Positions 1 through 12,916 of a DNA stretch of 64,000 nucleotides are shown here, piece after piece; position 1 is the stretch's first letter; each line of letters opens with the position of its first letter. The notes below the pieces were generated by a model. That model saw only the letters and a program-made list of their open reading frames with translations, ran no database searches and had not been told where the DNA came from. Source of the stretch: Octopus vulgaris. Its lineage: Eukaryota. A program made the translations under genes and the position numbers. The stretch spans positions 53,568,001 to 53,632,000 of the forward strand of contig OX597828.1 of the NCBI GenBank assembly GCA_951406725.2, in the 5' to 3' direction.

Positions 1-447
1 AAGTCCCTATGCGTGGCACCTTGGGCAAGTGTCTTCTACTATAGCTTCGCGCCGACCAGAGCCTTGTGAGTGGAGTTGGTAGACGGAAACTGAAAGAAGC
101 CCGTCGTATATATGTATATATATATATGTATGTGTTTGTGTGTCTGTGCTTGTCCCCCCTCCCAACATCGCTTGACAACCGATGGTGGTGTGACTTCAAC
201 AATAGCCTTAGGCAGGCCCCTGTCTCATGAGTCCATTTGGCTGACGGCAAGTGTGGGGAATCCAGTCGTGTGTGAGTGTATGTGTGTGTGTGTTTGCGCC
301 AGTAACTTTGCGGCTCAGCAAAAGTGGACGATAGAATAAGTACAAGCCTTAAAAAAAACGTCGTGAGTTCGATACATTCAATTAAAAATTCTTCAGGGCT
401 GTATTCTGGCCTGGCCGCAGTCTAATGTCTGAAGCAAGTAAAAAAGA
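1..447 (+). mobile_element. SINE family A copy (5' end cut by window edge, internal insertion ~195-300)
   Basis: Matches the family A body gcgtggcaccttgggcaagtgtcttctactatag...gtagacggaaactgaaagaagcccgtcg and a diverged tail ggccgcagtctaatgtctgaagcaagtaaaa seen in many copies in this window. Confidence 0.9.
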
Positions 448-1075
448 TAGCAGTCTGAATGGGAAAATAAAGTACATAAATATAGAGTACAATAAACATG
501 AGAAATAATTTATAACGTTGGACAGAATGTTTCGCTATAGTTATTTCGATTCTTTGTAATGCGAGTTCCAGTCTCGCTAAAATCCGTTTTGCCGTTCATT
601 CTTTCTAGGGCGATTAAAAAATACGAAGCAGTGGATTAGTGGAACTGTGAGAACCTAGGACTAGATACCTTGCGATATTTGCTCCGACTCACTGCGCTCT
701 GTGTTCAAATCCGTCATGGTCTTACTTCGGTGGAACATTGAATCGGTCTCCTGGTTCCACACCACCACTTCTTTGGCCCCGCCAAGGTTTCATTAGCAGA
801 GTCCCATCTGTTAACAGCATTTGGGCCAAGTCTCCGCTTTAAGGGTACTTTATCCCCCACCTTCATCCTCCATTCTTCAAGCGGGTCATGGGCACTTTCT
901 TCTCTCCTGACTAAAGATAAAAATCAATAATTTATCAAATTAATTATGCACCTGATAGATTTTGTTTTACGAAATCAGCAGATTATTATAATGGAGCAGT
1001 GCAGCTCAGCAGTTTCAAGAAAAAATATAATTGTAGGAAAATGATAATATTATTTGATAAAACTGAAAACTTTAA

Positions 1076-1454
1076 ATAGCTTGCTTACGAATCACATGGT
1101 TCCAGGTTCAGTCTCACTGCGTGGCAACTCTACTATAGCCTCAGGCCGACCAAAGCCTTGTGAATGGATTTGGTAGACGGAATCTGAGAGAAGTCCGTTG
1201 TATATATGTATATATAAATATGTATATATGTATGTGTGTGTGTGTGTGTTTACATTTGTGTGTGTGTTTGTCGCCCCTACATCGCTTAACAACCGATGCT
1301 GGTGTGTTTACGTCCCCGTAACTTAGTGGTTAGGCAAAAGAGACCGATAGAATAAGTTCTAGGCTTACAAAGAATAAGTCCTGGGGTCGGTTTGCTCGAC
1401 TAAAGGCTGTGCTCCAGCATGGCCACAGTCAAATGACTGAAACAAGTAAAAGAG
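1076..1454 (+). mobile_element. SINE family A copy
   Basis: Head tagcttgcttacgaatcacatggttccaggttcagtctcactg, central (TA)/(TG) tract, tail ggctgtgctccagcatggccacagtcaaatgactgaaacaagtaaaagag. Confidence 0.92.
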
Positions 1455-2374
1455 TTCTGTTGTAAAACACTCATACCCCAGTTTATGTAGAGCATATTCA
1501 CTATTTGCTTAAAATCGAGTTAAAAAAAAAAGCTCTTTATAATATTTCCAATATTATTATGAATATTGCTAAGTTGTTCCTGTTTCAAAATTTGGCTACA
1601 GAACTAGCAAACAATACCAATTGTCATTGTTATAATCTCGATAAGCGTTCCTTAAACAGATTTCGACTGTCAAATCCCATTGTTTAATGCATCACGTTAT
1701 TAAAGGACAATGATCCTCCGTTCATCACCATTTTATATTATCTTGACTATAATATAATGATGACATTAGTTTGACTAAAAGCCTTTTAAAATTAAGATAC
1801 AATTTGACTGAAAAGCATTCTTAGAAATCCTGATTCAGTATTACGTTCTCTGAATACATTTCGATGCTGAAGAACAAGAAAATAACGAATTTTAAAAGTA
1901 TTTGAAATGCATAACAACAGCTTAAACAATAAACACAAAGAAATAAATTTTGTTTTCTCAACGTTGATAGAAGACCAAAATATTTCTCTCAGAAGTTTCA
2001 TCTTTATAATGCATTCACAGTTTAATATCAAAAACAAAACTTTGTTTAATCATTTCGACAATCTTAACACATGAACACTGAAGTATTTTGATCAAAATTT
2101 TGCAAGCGATACCAGCCAATCAAAAGTCTTCCAGTTGTGTAGTCACTTCTCTAATATTTCATTTATATTTAACAATTATTTTTTCCGTAAATATTTATCA
2201 AAGATCATTAGTTTATAATTCATATTATCGCCCGAAGATCGGAATTGTAAAGAATGGAGATACAATCTCTGAAGTTTCAGCTTTAAACATCTATAGGTAT
2301 GTATGTATGTATGTATGTATGTATGTATGTATGTATGTATGTATGTATGTATGTATGTATGTATGTATGCATGT

Positions 2375-2923
2375 CAGGTCACTTTCGAGTGCTACTGATA
2401 ACATGTAACCCAGTACAACCTGTTGCATGGTGGGAGTCGTCGGCGACTAAACTGGCAACCCCACCAAGCTTGCTTGGTGAGGAGAGTGTTTATTGGACAC
2501 CCTGCTGGATGAAAAACAAAACCCGTCAAAGGGCGGAGGAACTCTTGAGAGTCAAAGGCCATCCAATAAATGTCTTAAGGCTGTATCATGCGCGGTGGCA
2601 TAGAAATAATCGGACTGAATACCCGGTCGCGCGGTTAAACCATTGGGAGTGAAGGACTCCTAGCCTTTGTTAGGGCACCCTTCTAGGAGAAGGTAACTCA
2701 GGTAACTGGGATAACTCCTACATAAAACCTGCGGCTCAGTGGTTACCGATGATGTTGACTTGTTCTTCTTTTCGGATTATGGCTGCTGTTGTTTAGTGAG
2801 TGGGATTGACTCAGTGCACAGCCTTTCCTCACTTAAAAAATCTTCTTGCACAGGCATTGCACGATAACAACATTGATTAAGCTTCGTGCAATGGCCATAC
2901 TCGAAAACGAGGGGGCAGCCACC
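2375..2923 (+). mobile_element. Non-coding ~550-bp element resembling an RTE-type retrotransposon 5' UTR, inserted in an (ATGT)n tract
   Basis: Complex sequence flanked on both sides by (TATG)n. The motif gggcacccttctaggagaaggtaactc (2673-2699) resembles, from memory, a motif in RTE/RTEX 5' UTRs. No credible ORF. Confidence 0.5.
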
Positions 2924-3008
2924 ATGTATGTATGTATGTATGTATGTATGTACATGTCCATGATCTTATGCATATATGTAGGCACTTATCTGTATATTAA
3001 TGTGTATA

Positions 3009-3055
<47 letters not shown>

Positions 3056-3423
3056 GTGTTCCCTTTTTGTATCATCCAACTGTCTGGATGATTTGTTGTC
3101 GCCTGTTGCGTTCTTGTCCCATTATTTGCTTATTTAATAAATACATATACATACATACACGCACACATATTCAAGCAAAAGTTATAAACCTCATTAAGGG
3201 ATAATAAAATCCAATGAAAATTCTGGTTAGTTACCAATCCATAGAAAGTTCACCTATAAAGTCACCATATAAACCGTGGTTCGTGTATTTATATATTTAA
3301 AGAATAAAGAGAAAATGGATAGCTAATTAATAAAATAGTATTTATTAATTATAAAATAGGACAACATCTCTGACAGCTGTTTCGAGTCAGTAATCTTTAG
3401 ATAATTAATTTATAAAATTGAAA

Positions 3424-3753
3424 TCATTATAAGAAGCGGAAAGTGTAACTTCTCGAAAGAGCTGTTCTTCACTCCTGCTCCAGAGCGTCGGCTGCGGGGT
3501 CATTCCGAAAAGCTCTATCTGCGACGAATTCATCTCAATCGAAGGAGAGGGGATTTCTCCGTCTGGGTTGCGGATCCGTGGAATAAGCTGCCGGACGAGA
3601 TGATGAAGATGCCTACGACCGCTCAGTTCAAAGTCTCCCTTGACCACAAGTGGCCTGAACTCTTTACATGAACACCACCCTGTACATAACTCCATGTCCC
3701 CCTACATGGCCTTGCTTTTTGCTTTTCGAGCCAAAAAATTAACTAACTAACTA
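3424..3753 (+). mobile_element. CR1-clade LINE, 5'-truncated 3' end
   Basis: Open frame FSKELFFTPAPERRLRGHSEKLYLRRIHLNRRRGDFSVWVADPWNKLPDEMMKMPTTAQFKVSLDHKWPELFT* (stop 3669-3671) fits the CR1 ORF2 C-terminal RGH..KL...WN.LP...FK..LD pattern. Short 3' UTR and (TAAC)n tail follow. Confidence 0.85.
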
Positions 3754-4384
3754 AGATTAATTTCTTCAGAGGTAGTAAGGATATACCGATTAGAAATACA
3801 TGTTGAAATAACGGCTACAAATCGTTAACTGATAGCATTTATATATATACAAAAAGAGCGGGTTATAGAAGGCATCAATCCAAAATAGGGGCTGAAGGTA
3901 GTGTATATTTTATGCCTTAAAGAAAGAATGATTAATATAATATCACAGGGTATTGAGAAAGAGAAAAAGAAAAAGAAGAAAAACGCATGTATATATAAAT
4001 ATATAATAATGCCACATAATATCATATTTACCTATAATAATGTAATACAAAACAATTTAAAGTTATAAAATTTAAATGAAGTAGAAGCAAACCGTGGCAA
4101 TTATATATTAACCGAAGTCATCAGAAAAGGATTTATAATTTCTAAATATCATGATAATAATTTATTGGTTATGTTTATCATAACAATGACGTAAAATTTA
4201 ATGTAAATAAATAGGAAGTCTGGAATAAGAAGAAAAGAGGAAATATCAAAATACCTAATATGTCCTTACACCCATTAAGAAAATTTATTTCAAGCCTTTA
4301 AGGTAAAATAACAATAATGACAATCTATTGGATAGGATAGGAAAAAAATTTCTTTAATTTCAGACATACACCGTTCCTTTAGAG

Positions 4385-4604
4385 CAATGCTTTACAAACT
4401 TTTTTGCTGGAGCGGAACCCCAAGGAAACATTCCACTGGCTCGAGGAACCCCTGTGCAATAATTTAATAGTCTTATGCACACATATCTGCACAGGAGACT
4501 TAAAAATTACTGCCGATTTTAGCAGTTTTGTAACTTCTTGCGGAACCCCTGCACTGTACTGGCGGAAGCCTAAGGTTCCGCGGAACCCTGGTTGAAAACC
4601 ACTG
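4385..4604. mobile_element. hAT (Charlie-like) MITE
   Basis: Imperfect TIRs caatgctttacaaac / gttgaaaaccactg, 8-bp TSD ctttagag (4377-4384) / ctttagaa (4605-4612), internal ggaaccc subterminal repeats. Confidence 0.8.
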
Positions 4605-4629
4605 CTTTAGAAAAACCGGAAGTAAATAT

Positions 4630-5060
4630 GCTATGAAATTTTTAGGTGTTTCCTTAGACCTCAAAACTAATTCTTATAAGCCTTTCTATAAGACTAACGA
4701 GAAACTTAAATCTATTAATAAGCATTATTTTCATCCGCCTATTGTATTTAAGAATTTAATTTCATTTATTAGCCGTAAGATCACATGTCTTCTTCTAGAG
4801 AAATATTCGAAAAGACTGCCCAAGTTGTAATAAGGTTCAACAGGATGGCGGCCTTACTGATAAAATCTTTTACAATCCTCCACCTCCGATATCATCCAGT
4901 CATAGGTATATGTCTCGGAAAGTTTTAGTGTTCGACCCCCACTTACTCTCGTAATGTTTAGACAGCCGTAGGTAGAAGATTCTTGCACTTTCGTTGAACC
5001 AATAGAACACGATTGAAATTACCTTTTCTTGAATCCTTATGTTAAGCCATATATCAATAG
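4630..5060 (+). mobile_element. Penelope-like element, decayed RT thumb/linker fragment
   Basis: KFLGVSLDLKTNSYKPFYKTNEKLKSINKHYFHPPIVFKNL resembles the PLE FLDV.LDL....YKPY.K.N....YIN..SNHPP motif. Downstream frameshifted RKVLVFDP..YSRNV.TAVGRRFL resembles the PLE linker. Confidence 0.75.
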
Positions 5061-5937
5061 GCAACAGACGACTCAAGCCTACTCAGGGTGCACTTATAGG
5101 GACATATCAAAATGGCCCCTAAGGTAGAAAGGCTAATGATAATGAAGACGACGACGACGGTAGTGATGATGATGATGGTGATGATGATGATGATGTTGAT
5201 GATGATGATGATGATGATGATGAGGAGGAGGAGGAGGAGGAGGAGGAGGATAATGGTGATGATGATGATGACGATGGCGGCGGCGGCGACAATGACGACG
5301 ATGACTATATAACATGCTTTTTTCATGATAGAATCACGTGATTTGGAGATTTGGCTGCTATTTGTAGTTAGTCAAGAAATCATGGTTAGAGGAGTAGATT
5401 AGAGGACTATCAGGCAGACGAGAGAGACTTTATTAGGAGAGCAACTTTTATCACCGCCTTTCTTTTTATAAGCATGAAAAAAACTTGCAACGAAAAATTT
5501 AAAAAAAAAACAAACAATACCAACTGCAATAAAAAAATATCTAAAAATTTAACGAAAATAAAAACAAAAAGTACAATAAAAACCACCAAAAAACAATAAC
5601 AACAGATTCCAGTATTTGAACAAGATTTCTGTATTGGAAGTGTTATCGTTACTTCTACTGTACTCTTGTGGTTTGGTTGCTAAGTGCCACGTTAAGATGG
5701 TTGTTTGATGTGTTTAAGTGTGTGACGAGACAACAATCACAGCCAGAATTCATGCTGGGACAATTTATCCGGCAATAGATGAGAAATACAGGAGAAATTA
5801 ATTAGAAGCTGTAGCCATTGGTTGTGGCTATTAACTGTGGCTGGAGACGGCGATTTGGCAGGGGTGGTCAGTATGGTGGATAGAATGCCTCGCCGCTTTT
5901 GTACCGACACTGCGTTGTGAGATCAAATCAATTGGAT

Positions 5938-6343
5938 ACTCTTTTACTTGTTTTCAGTCATTTGACTGCGGCCATGCTGGAGCACCGCCTTTAGTCGAGC
6001 AAATCGACCCCGGGACTTATTCTTTGTAAACCTAGTACTTATTCTATCGGTCTCTTTTGCCGAACCGCTAGGTTACGGGGATGCAAACACACCAGCATCG
6101 GTTGTCAAGCGACGTTGGGGGGGGGGACAAATACAGACACACAAACACACCCACACATATTTATATATACATATACACGACGGGCTTCTTTCAGTTTCCT
6201 TCTACCAAATCCACTCACAAGGCTTTGATCGACCCGAGGCTATAGTAGAAGACACTTGCCCAAGGTGTGCCACGCAGTGGGACTGAACCCGGAACCATGT
6301 CGCTGGTAAGCAAGCTACTTACCACACAGCCACCCCTGCGCCT
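5938..6343 (-). mobile_element. SINE family A, full length
   Basis: Reverse complement runs from aggcgcaggggtggctgtgtggtaag (A box), through ggttcagtccc (B-box-like), to the tail tgactgaaaacaagtaaaagag. Confidence 0.95.
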
Positions 6344-6940
6344 AGAATGTTAACTTTCCCTTTTTTGCCTGGATGTTAACTTTCCCTTTTTCATTTCGGA
6401 ATTGTTTGAAGGGTCGAACAGGATATCTTGCTTTCTGACAACAACGTCTGATGCGAAGCTAAGTCAATGGACTTTCCTTAGCTTCAAACATCGATGAAAT
6501 AGATATACTTGTAGGTATGGCCAACATCCAGTCTTCCTCCAAAAATATTGCTCATGCGCAGATGAATGGGAAACACTGCCCGATGAATACCCAACGCAAT
6601 ATATGAACATTAGTTGTGATTATTAGCTATTTCATTGTAATACATATACCTGCAAAAGTGCATGGAATTGGTTGTTGCAAAATATATATGAGTACTGACT
6701 TGTTATTTGGACAGAAGCAGCAAACAGCAAGTGGAACGTGAAGAGAAAAATAAAGAGAGAGGAAAGAAGGAGAGCAAGAAGGGTGGCAGAGAGCGAAAGA
6801 CTGATTTTGTAATTGTGTTTTGGGGTTATTTTGTGAAATATGGCTTCTGGACTAAGAACTGGCTGATAGTATCCATGATAAGCGATAAGAATGTATCCGA
6901 GAAATCATACTAGTCTATCTGTTATATCACTGATTACACG

Positions 6941-6985
<45 letters not shown>

Positions 6986-7000
6986 AGACACACACACCCA

Positions 7001-7138
<138 letters not shown>

Positions 7139-7163
7139 TAGATAAACTGACCGACTGATACAC

Positions 7164-7205
<42 letters not shown>

Positions 7206-7359
7206 GTATGTATATATATATGCATGCGTTTATAAGTAAACGTATAAATAATGTTTCAGTGAAACAAGTACAACCCGGAGGTGCTCATCCATAGCCACTT
7301 CAAAAGCACCAAATAATTCTTCTAAAAGAAACAAACAACGACAAAACTCCTTCGCACCA

Positions 7360-7520
7360 AAGTCAGCAATATAATCTCGTTTAATCTCGAGTTCTGAAGA
7401 ACTTTACGACTTGAGTGACAAAACAATTCTTCCCATAAATCATTAGCAAATAATTCCTCAAAGACAAGAAGACTCATAAATTATTCAACAGAAAGAATAT
7501 AAGCAGCAAGTTATTTCACC
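7360..7520 (+). mobile_element. Penelope-like linker remnant
   Basis: Frameshifted SNIISFN...KDKKTHKLFNRKNI resembles PLE RNIIWFNPP...HKIFNRNT. Confidence 0.5.
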
Positions 7521-7764
7521 GACTCTTTTACTAAAGAGACTAATCTGTTGCATAGTGATCTAAACCTTCACTACAATACAAACAGATAACTGTAATTTTT
7601 GAAACAATCACTTATGTCCCTTGGATAACCATTACTTGAATAAGAGCATCGTATATCTTGCCATCCCAACTGGGGATAAAATCGATGCGTTACTGAGTTA
7701 ACATTGGTTAAAGAGGACTCTCAATTACGAGCTGATTTTTATCAACACATCAACTCTATTGCAT

Positions 7765-8408
7765 CACCGGTCACCAGTCTGTCCAAAAAGAGTGAGATGA
7801 GTTCACGAAAACGAAGAGAAGAGGAGATGTCCACTCGGGATTTGCGGTTGGCTTCAGAAAAATCAAGAAGCACTCATTTTCCGAGGTTTGGCACCTTCCC
7901 AAATTGTTGGAGATGGCAGTGAGCAGTTCGTCTGGCTTGAACGAAGCTTGCTTGCCAATTCTTCACGTGGAACTGCATGATCTTTTTCAAGTTCTGCCAA
8001 AAGGAGCTTATCATCAAACTCAATTGGATGTTCTATTGGGACATCATCTTCAAGACAGAAACCTCCACTTCTGAATTTTACAAGCCATCTTCTGCAAGTT
8101 CTTTCATTCAGGCACCCTCCTCCATAAGCTGAGTGAATATTTCGAATCGCTTCAGCTGAAGAGTTCAGTTTTTTAAAGTCATAAAGCATTAAGTGCTCAA
8201 ATGCTCCTTAAGCATTTTCATGTTTGAAGAGCTTTAAATTTGTGAACTTTCAAGTAGATTATCCTGCAAAATGAAATTTAATTAGTTTAAATATGTCAAA
8301 ATACATATAAATATTACTTGATGCCAATAGACATTCTAAAATGCTATTAAAGCGTTTGCAAAATGTAAACTATAGAACTTCAAACATTACTTGCGGGATG
8401 ACCTGATA
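7765..8408 (-). mobile_element. Mariner DNA transposon, 5' half with decayed transposase
   Basis: ORF 7863-8189 MLYDFKKLNSSAEAIRNIHSAYGGGCLNERTCRRWLVKFRSGGFCLEDD is a Mos1/SETMAR-type HTH. After a frameshift it continues FSEANRKSRVDISSSL...FLDRLVTGD (first catalytic D). A TIR-like end TA-tcaggtcatcccgcaagtaatg lies at ~8385-8408. Confidence 0.9.
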
Positions 8409-8494
8409 CACACACACATATAAAATAATATAAATAACGTATATATATATATATATATGCATATATACATACGTATAAGTACATACATCTATAC

Positions 8495-8574
<80 letters not shown>

Positions 8575-8579
8575 GCATG

Positions 8580-9050
8580 TGTGGGAACAGGACATTACGA
8601 AACGTGTACAACAGAAAAATAAGAAACATGAGGACATGGAACATGAGCTATTCTTTCGAACAACGTAAAACACAAATGGAAAACAAAACAAACAACATAA
8701 AGAATGACCCTTCATCAGTCGTTGGCTGTTTATCTAGTCTCGTATTTCGAGCATTTAACAACAATATACACTTTCAATAAAACAGTTGCTCCCGCGAAGC
8801 AAATTAAATAAAATTTGGGATTTTGCGGAGTGTCAAAATTGGTAACACAAACAGGACAGTGAAAACAAACGGGAAGGGCTGCTAAGCCTAAACGAGGTTG
8901 CGGTGGCGAACGCGTAAATCAAGATTGGACAGGAGACAAACAAGAACACGTCTGTTTGTGGTACCAAATTTTACACTCCGCAAAATCCCAAATTTTATTT
9001 AATTTGCTTCGTACTTTTTTGTTGTACACGTTTCGTGACGTCCTGTACCT
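8580..9050. mobile_element. PLE pLTR-like element with nested inverted repeats in (TA)n
   Basis: IR pairs 8587-8618/9016-9046 and 8795-8854/8952-9011. A homologous copy lies at ~51815-52200. Minus strand carries ctgatga and gaaa motifs. Confidence 0.6.
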
Positions 9051-9052
9051 AC

Positions 9053-9083
<31 letters not shown>

Positions 9084-9104
9084 CATACATACGTATAGAT
9101 GTAA

Positions 9105-9143
<39 letters not shown>

Positions 9144-9160
9144 CATACGTATAGATGTAA

Positions 9161-9196
<36 letters not shown>

Positions 9197-9859
9197 CATA
9201 TTATTATATGATTGAACGCCACGCATTCTCTTCCAAGAATATGTGTGTGTGTATATATATATATATATGCGTATGTGCGTGTTTCAATGCGCTTTTAAGT
9301 GCATGAAAGCCTCGGTGTTTGTGTGTGTGTGTGCGTGTGTGAATATCGTTTTATGTGCACGTAAGCCTGTGTGTGTGTATGGGTGCTTGTGTTTATGTGT
9401 ATGTGTGTATATAAATATAAACGGAAGCAGTTATAAAGGCGCAAATAAAACGCGTTGGAGAGAATGGGGAGGAGAAGTGGGAGTACAAAGATAAAACAGA
9501 AAGGCAGAGAGAGAATGAGAGAATGAGAGAGAGAGGGGGAGAGAAAGAGTACGTTGTTGGGATATGTGTAGTCTAAAGACTTTGTAATATTAGGACATTC
9601 CTCGTCGTCTACAAACAATAGACCAGTTGGCATGGAATCATTGCTATCCCAGTCTGCAATTGTTTGACTTCCAAAGCCGTCCTCTCTTTATTTGCTTTTA
9701 ACTTACAACACACAATTTTTGCAACACATGGTCACCAAAACACAGCGCGCCATTTCAAGTGAACAACCACTCTCTCACACACTCTGTCTCTCTGTCCCTC
9801 TCTTTCTCTCTCTCTCTCTCTTAGTCTCTCTCTACCTCTTTCTGTCTGTCTGCCTGTGT

Positions 9860-9901
<42 letters not shown>

Positions 9902-10012
9902 TCTTTCTCTTTCTGTCGCCGACACACTTCACATAGCAATAGCGTGGAGCAGCATTAGACCTATATGTATTTTTGTATATATATGTATGTATATGTATAT
10001 ATACATATACAT

Positions 10013-10071
<59 letters not shown>

Positions 10072-10127
10072 TGTATGTATGTATGTATGTATGTATGCAT
10101 GTATGTGTATAAATATATATATATACA

Positions 10128-10185
<58 letters not shown>

Positions 10186-10321
10186 ATATACATACATATG
10201 TGTGTGTTTGAGAGTGTGTATATGAGGATTGCTTGTTTTTTGTCTTTTTACTTCAATTCGTTTACAATTTCTTTTTTCTAATTTATTGACTCGCAGACGG
10301 ATGTTTGTGTGTGTGTCTCTG

Positions 10322-10364
<43 letters not shown>

Positions 10365-10439
10365 GTGTGTGTGTGTGCGTGTGTGTGTGTTTGTGTGTGG
10401 ATTTGTATGTATGTGTATTAGTGTGCAATGACGCCGGAC

Positions 10440-10684
10440 ATAATTGATGATGACAACTGTCTTGTTAAAGCTGGTGTTGGTAATGCTGGTGAGGATGATG
10501 ACGATGTTGATGACAACGACGACGATGATAATGACCACGACGAGGATGATGATAATGTTGATGACAATGAAAACGATGATGATGATGATGATGGTAGTGA
10601 TCATGTTGATGATGACGATGATAATGACGATGACGACGACAATAACGAAAACGACAACGATGACGACGACGACGACGATGATGA

Positions 10685-10718
<34 letters not shown>

Positions 10719-10793
10719 GGTGGGTGGTGGTGGTGGTGGTGGTGGTGGTGGTGGTGGTGGTGGCGATGATGATGATGATGATGATGATGGTAG

Positions 10794-10842
<49 letters not shown>

Positions 10843-10893
10843 GGTGGTGTTGGTGGCGATGATGAAGATGATGATGGTAGTGATGATGATGAC

Positions 10894-10938
<45 letters not shown>

Positions 10939-10947
10939 GGTGGTGGC

Positions 10948-11013
<66 letters not shown>
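10440..11013. repeat. Compound (GAT/GAC)n-(GGT)n microsatellite
   Basis: Seen directly; source of spurious poly-D/G/M/V ORFs. Confidence 0.97.
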
Positions 11014-11017
<4 letters not shown>

Positions 11018-11345
11018 GGATAGCGCGTGGGAAAGAAAATCGTAGAAGAAAAATCAAATTAGTTGTGTGAATAGAGACAAAGTGTGAACGGGGTTATGTG
11101 ACAGGATCATAGAGGTAATCGATAAGTCTTCTCGATCCGGCTTGATCGGGACCTGAACCACAGTATCGATGACGCAAGCGGAATGGCTACCCTTTAAGGA
11201 CACGTCCAAGTTATAATATGTCAATAACACTGATGCAAGCTGTAGAACTGTACTAAGTCGTGTTTAAATAGGGAAGGGCGCTGAAACAGCTGTAGAAGCA
11301 TCCGCAACAACAATAACAGCAACAACAACAACAAATTATTTGAAT

Positions 11346-11546
11346 ACTCTTTTACTCTTTTACTTGTTTCAGTCATTTGACTGTGGCCATGTTGGAGCAG
11401 CGCCTTTAGTCGAGCAAAGCGACCCCAGGACTTATTCTTTGTAAGCCTAGTACTTGTTCTATCGGTCACTTAGGCCGAACCGCTAAGTTACGGGGACGTA
11501 AACACACCAGGATCGGTTGTCAAGCGATGTTGGGGGACAAAAACAG

Positions 11547-11577
<31 letters not shown>

Positions 11578-11646
11578 CACACACATACATATACATATAC
11601 ATTGACGGGCTTCTTTCAGTTTCCGTCTACCAAATCCACTGACAAG
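11346..11646 (-). mobile_element. SINE family A, 5'-truncated
   Basis: Tail and body of family A on the minus strand, ending at caaatccactgacaagg. Confidence 0.92.
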
Positions 11647-12083
11647 GCGCAGGAGTGGCTGTGTGGTAAGTAGCTTGCTTACCAACCACATGGTTCCGGG
11701 CTCAGTCGCACTGCATGGCATCTTGGGCAAGTGTCTTCTACTATAGCCTCTCGCCGACTAAAGCCTTGTGACTGGATTTGGTAGACGGAAACTCAAAGAA
11801 GCTCGTCGTATGTATGTATGTATGTATGTATGTATGTATGTATGTATGTATGTATGTGTCTGTATGTGTGTATGTTTGTGTGTCTGTGTTTGTCCCCCTA
11901 GCATTACTTGACAACCGATGCTGGTGTGTTTATGTCCCCGTCACTTAGCAATTCGTCAAAGGAGACCGATAGAATAAGTACTGGGCTCACAAAGAATAAG
12001 CCCTGGGGTCGATTTGCTCGACTAAAGGCGGTGCTCCAGCATGGCCGCAGTCAAATGACAAACAACTAAAAGAGTAAAAGAGT
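11645..12083 (+). mobile_element. SINE family A, full length
   Basis: aggcgcaggagtggctgtgtggtaagtagc...ggcggtgctccagcatggccgcagtcaaatga...aaaagagtaaaagag. Confidence 0.95.
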
Positions 12084-12869
12084 GTTTAATACATCTTTTA
12101 CTCAAGGTACTCTGAACGTATTTGTAAATTAATCTTATAAAAATCCACGCGATATTTAATACACATATTCAAGCACTGTTATAGATGGCCCAGGGAAATG
12201 TTCAGAAAAAGAAATGAACATCTATGGTGAACTAATATGAAACAGATCTCTCCCTGGCTATAGATCTTCGTTCGTAACTATTATCATGGGAACATTGTGC
12301 TATATAAATACGGATTTCCACAAAATCCAAGAAATGCTAGAATTTTCTCAAAAGGAGTAAAAGTAATTACCGTGTAATCTTCAAGTCCAAACTATCAGTA
12401 ACACTCTTATAACATTGTAAGATATTTCAAAGATGTTCCTTCCGAGATTCTCTCAATAAATACATGCACAAATTTGGTTGTGTACATCTGCAAAGACTCA
12501 TATGTAAAATGAAATCGTGTACACAGAGAGATAGAGGGGAGGGAGGGACAGAGGGAGAGGGAGAGAGAGAGGAAAATGGAGAGGGAAAGAAAGAATGAGA
12601 TAGAGAGAGTAACGCAGCATAAATACTTAAGTACTAAATAAATATGTCCACAGACAACATAAACGCGGGTGCAAGCACAAATTCAACCGCATAACTATCT
12701 TAACCAAAAAGTCATGTCGCTTTGTTTTCGAACGGTTTCAGCTCCATCAAGAACTTAAATACATACAAACACATACATACGTACATACATACATACATAC
12801 ATACATACATACATACATACATACATAGTGCATGCATGCATACATGCATACTTACATGCACACACATGC

Positions 12870-12914
<45 letters not shown>

Positions 12915-12916
<2 letters not shown>

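Noticed and set aside
1790-2270. Possible hAT transposase C-terminal remnant (minus; FWSS...LFKLLLCISN)
   Set aside because: Similarity too weak; the diagnostic ER.FS motif is absent.
6455-6500. Hairpin gaagctaag/cttagcttc after ctgatgc
   Set aside because: No GAAA in the correct register and no stem I.
11230-11295. HHR-like ctgatgc...gaaacagctgta
   Set aside because: Core mutated and stem I does not pair; at most a decayed relic.
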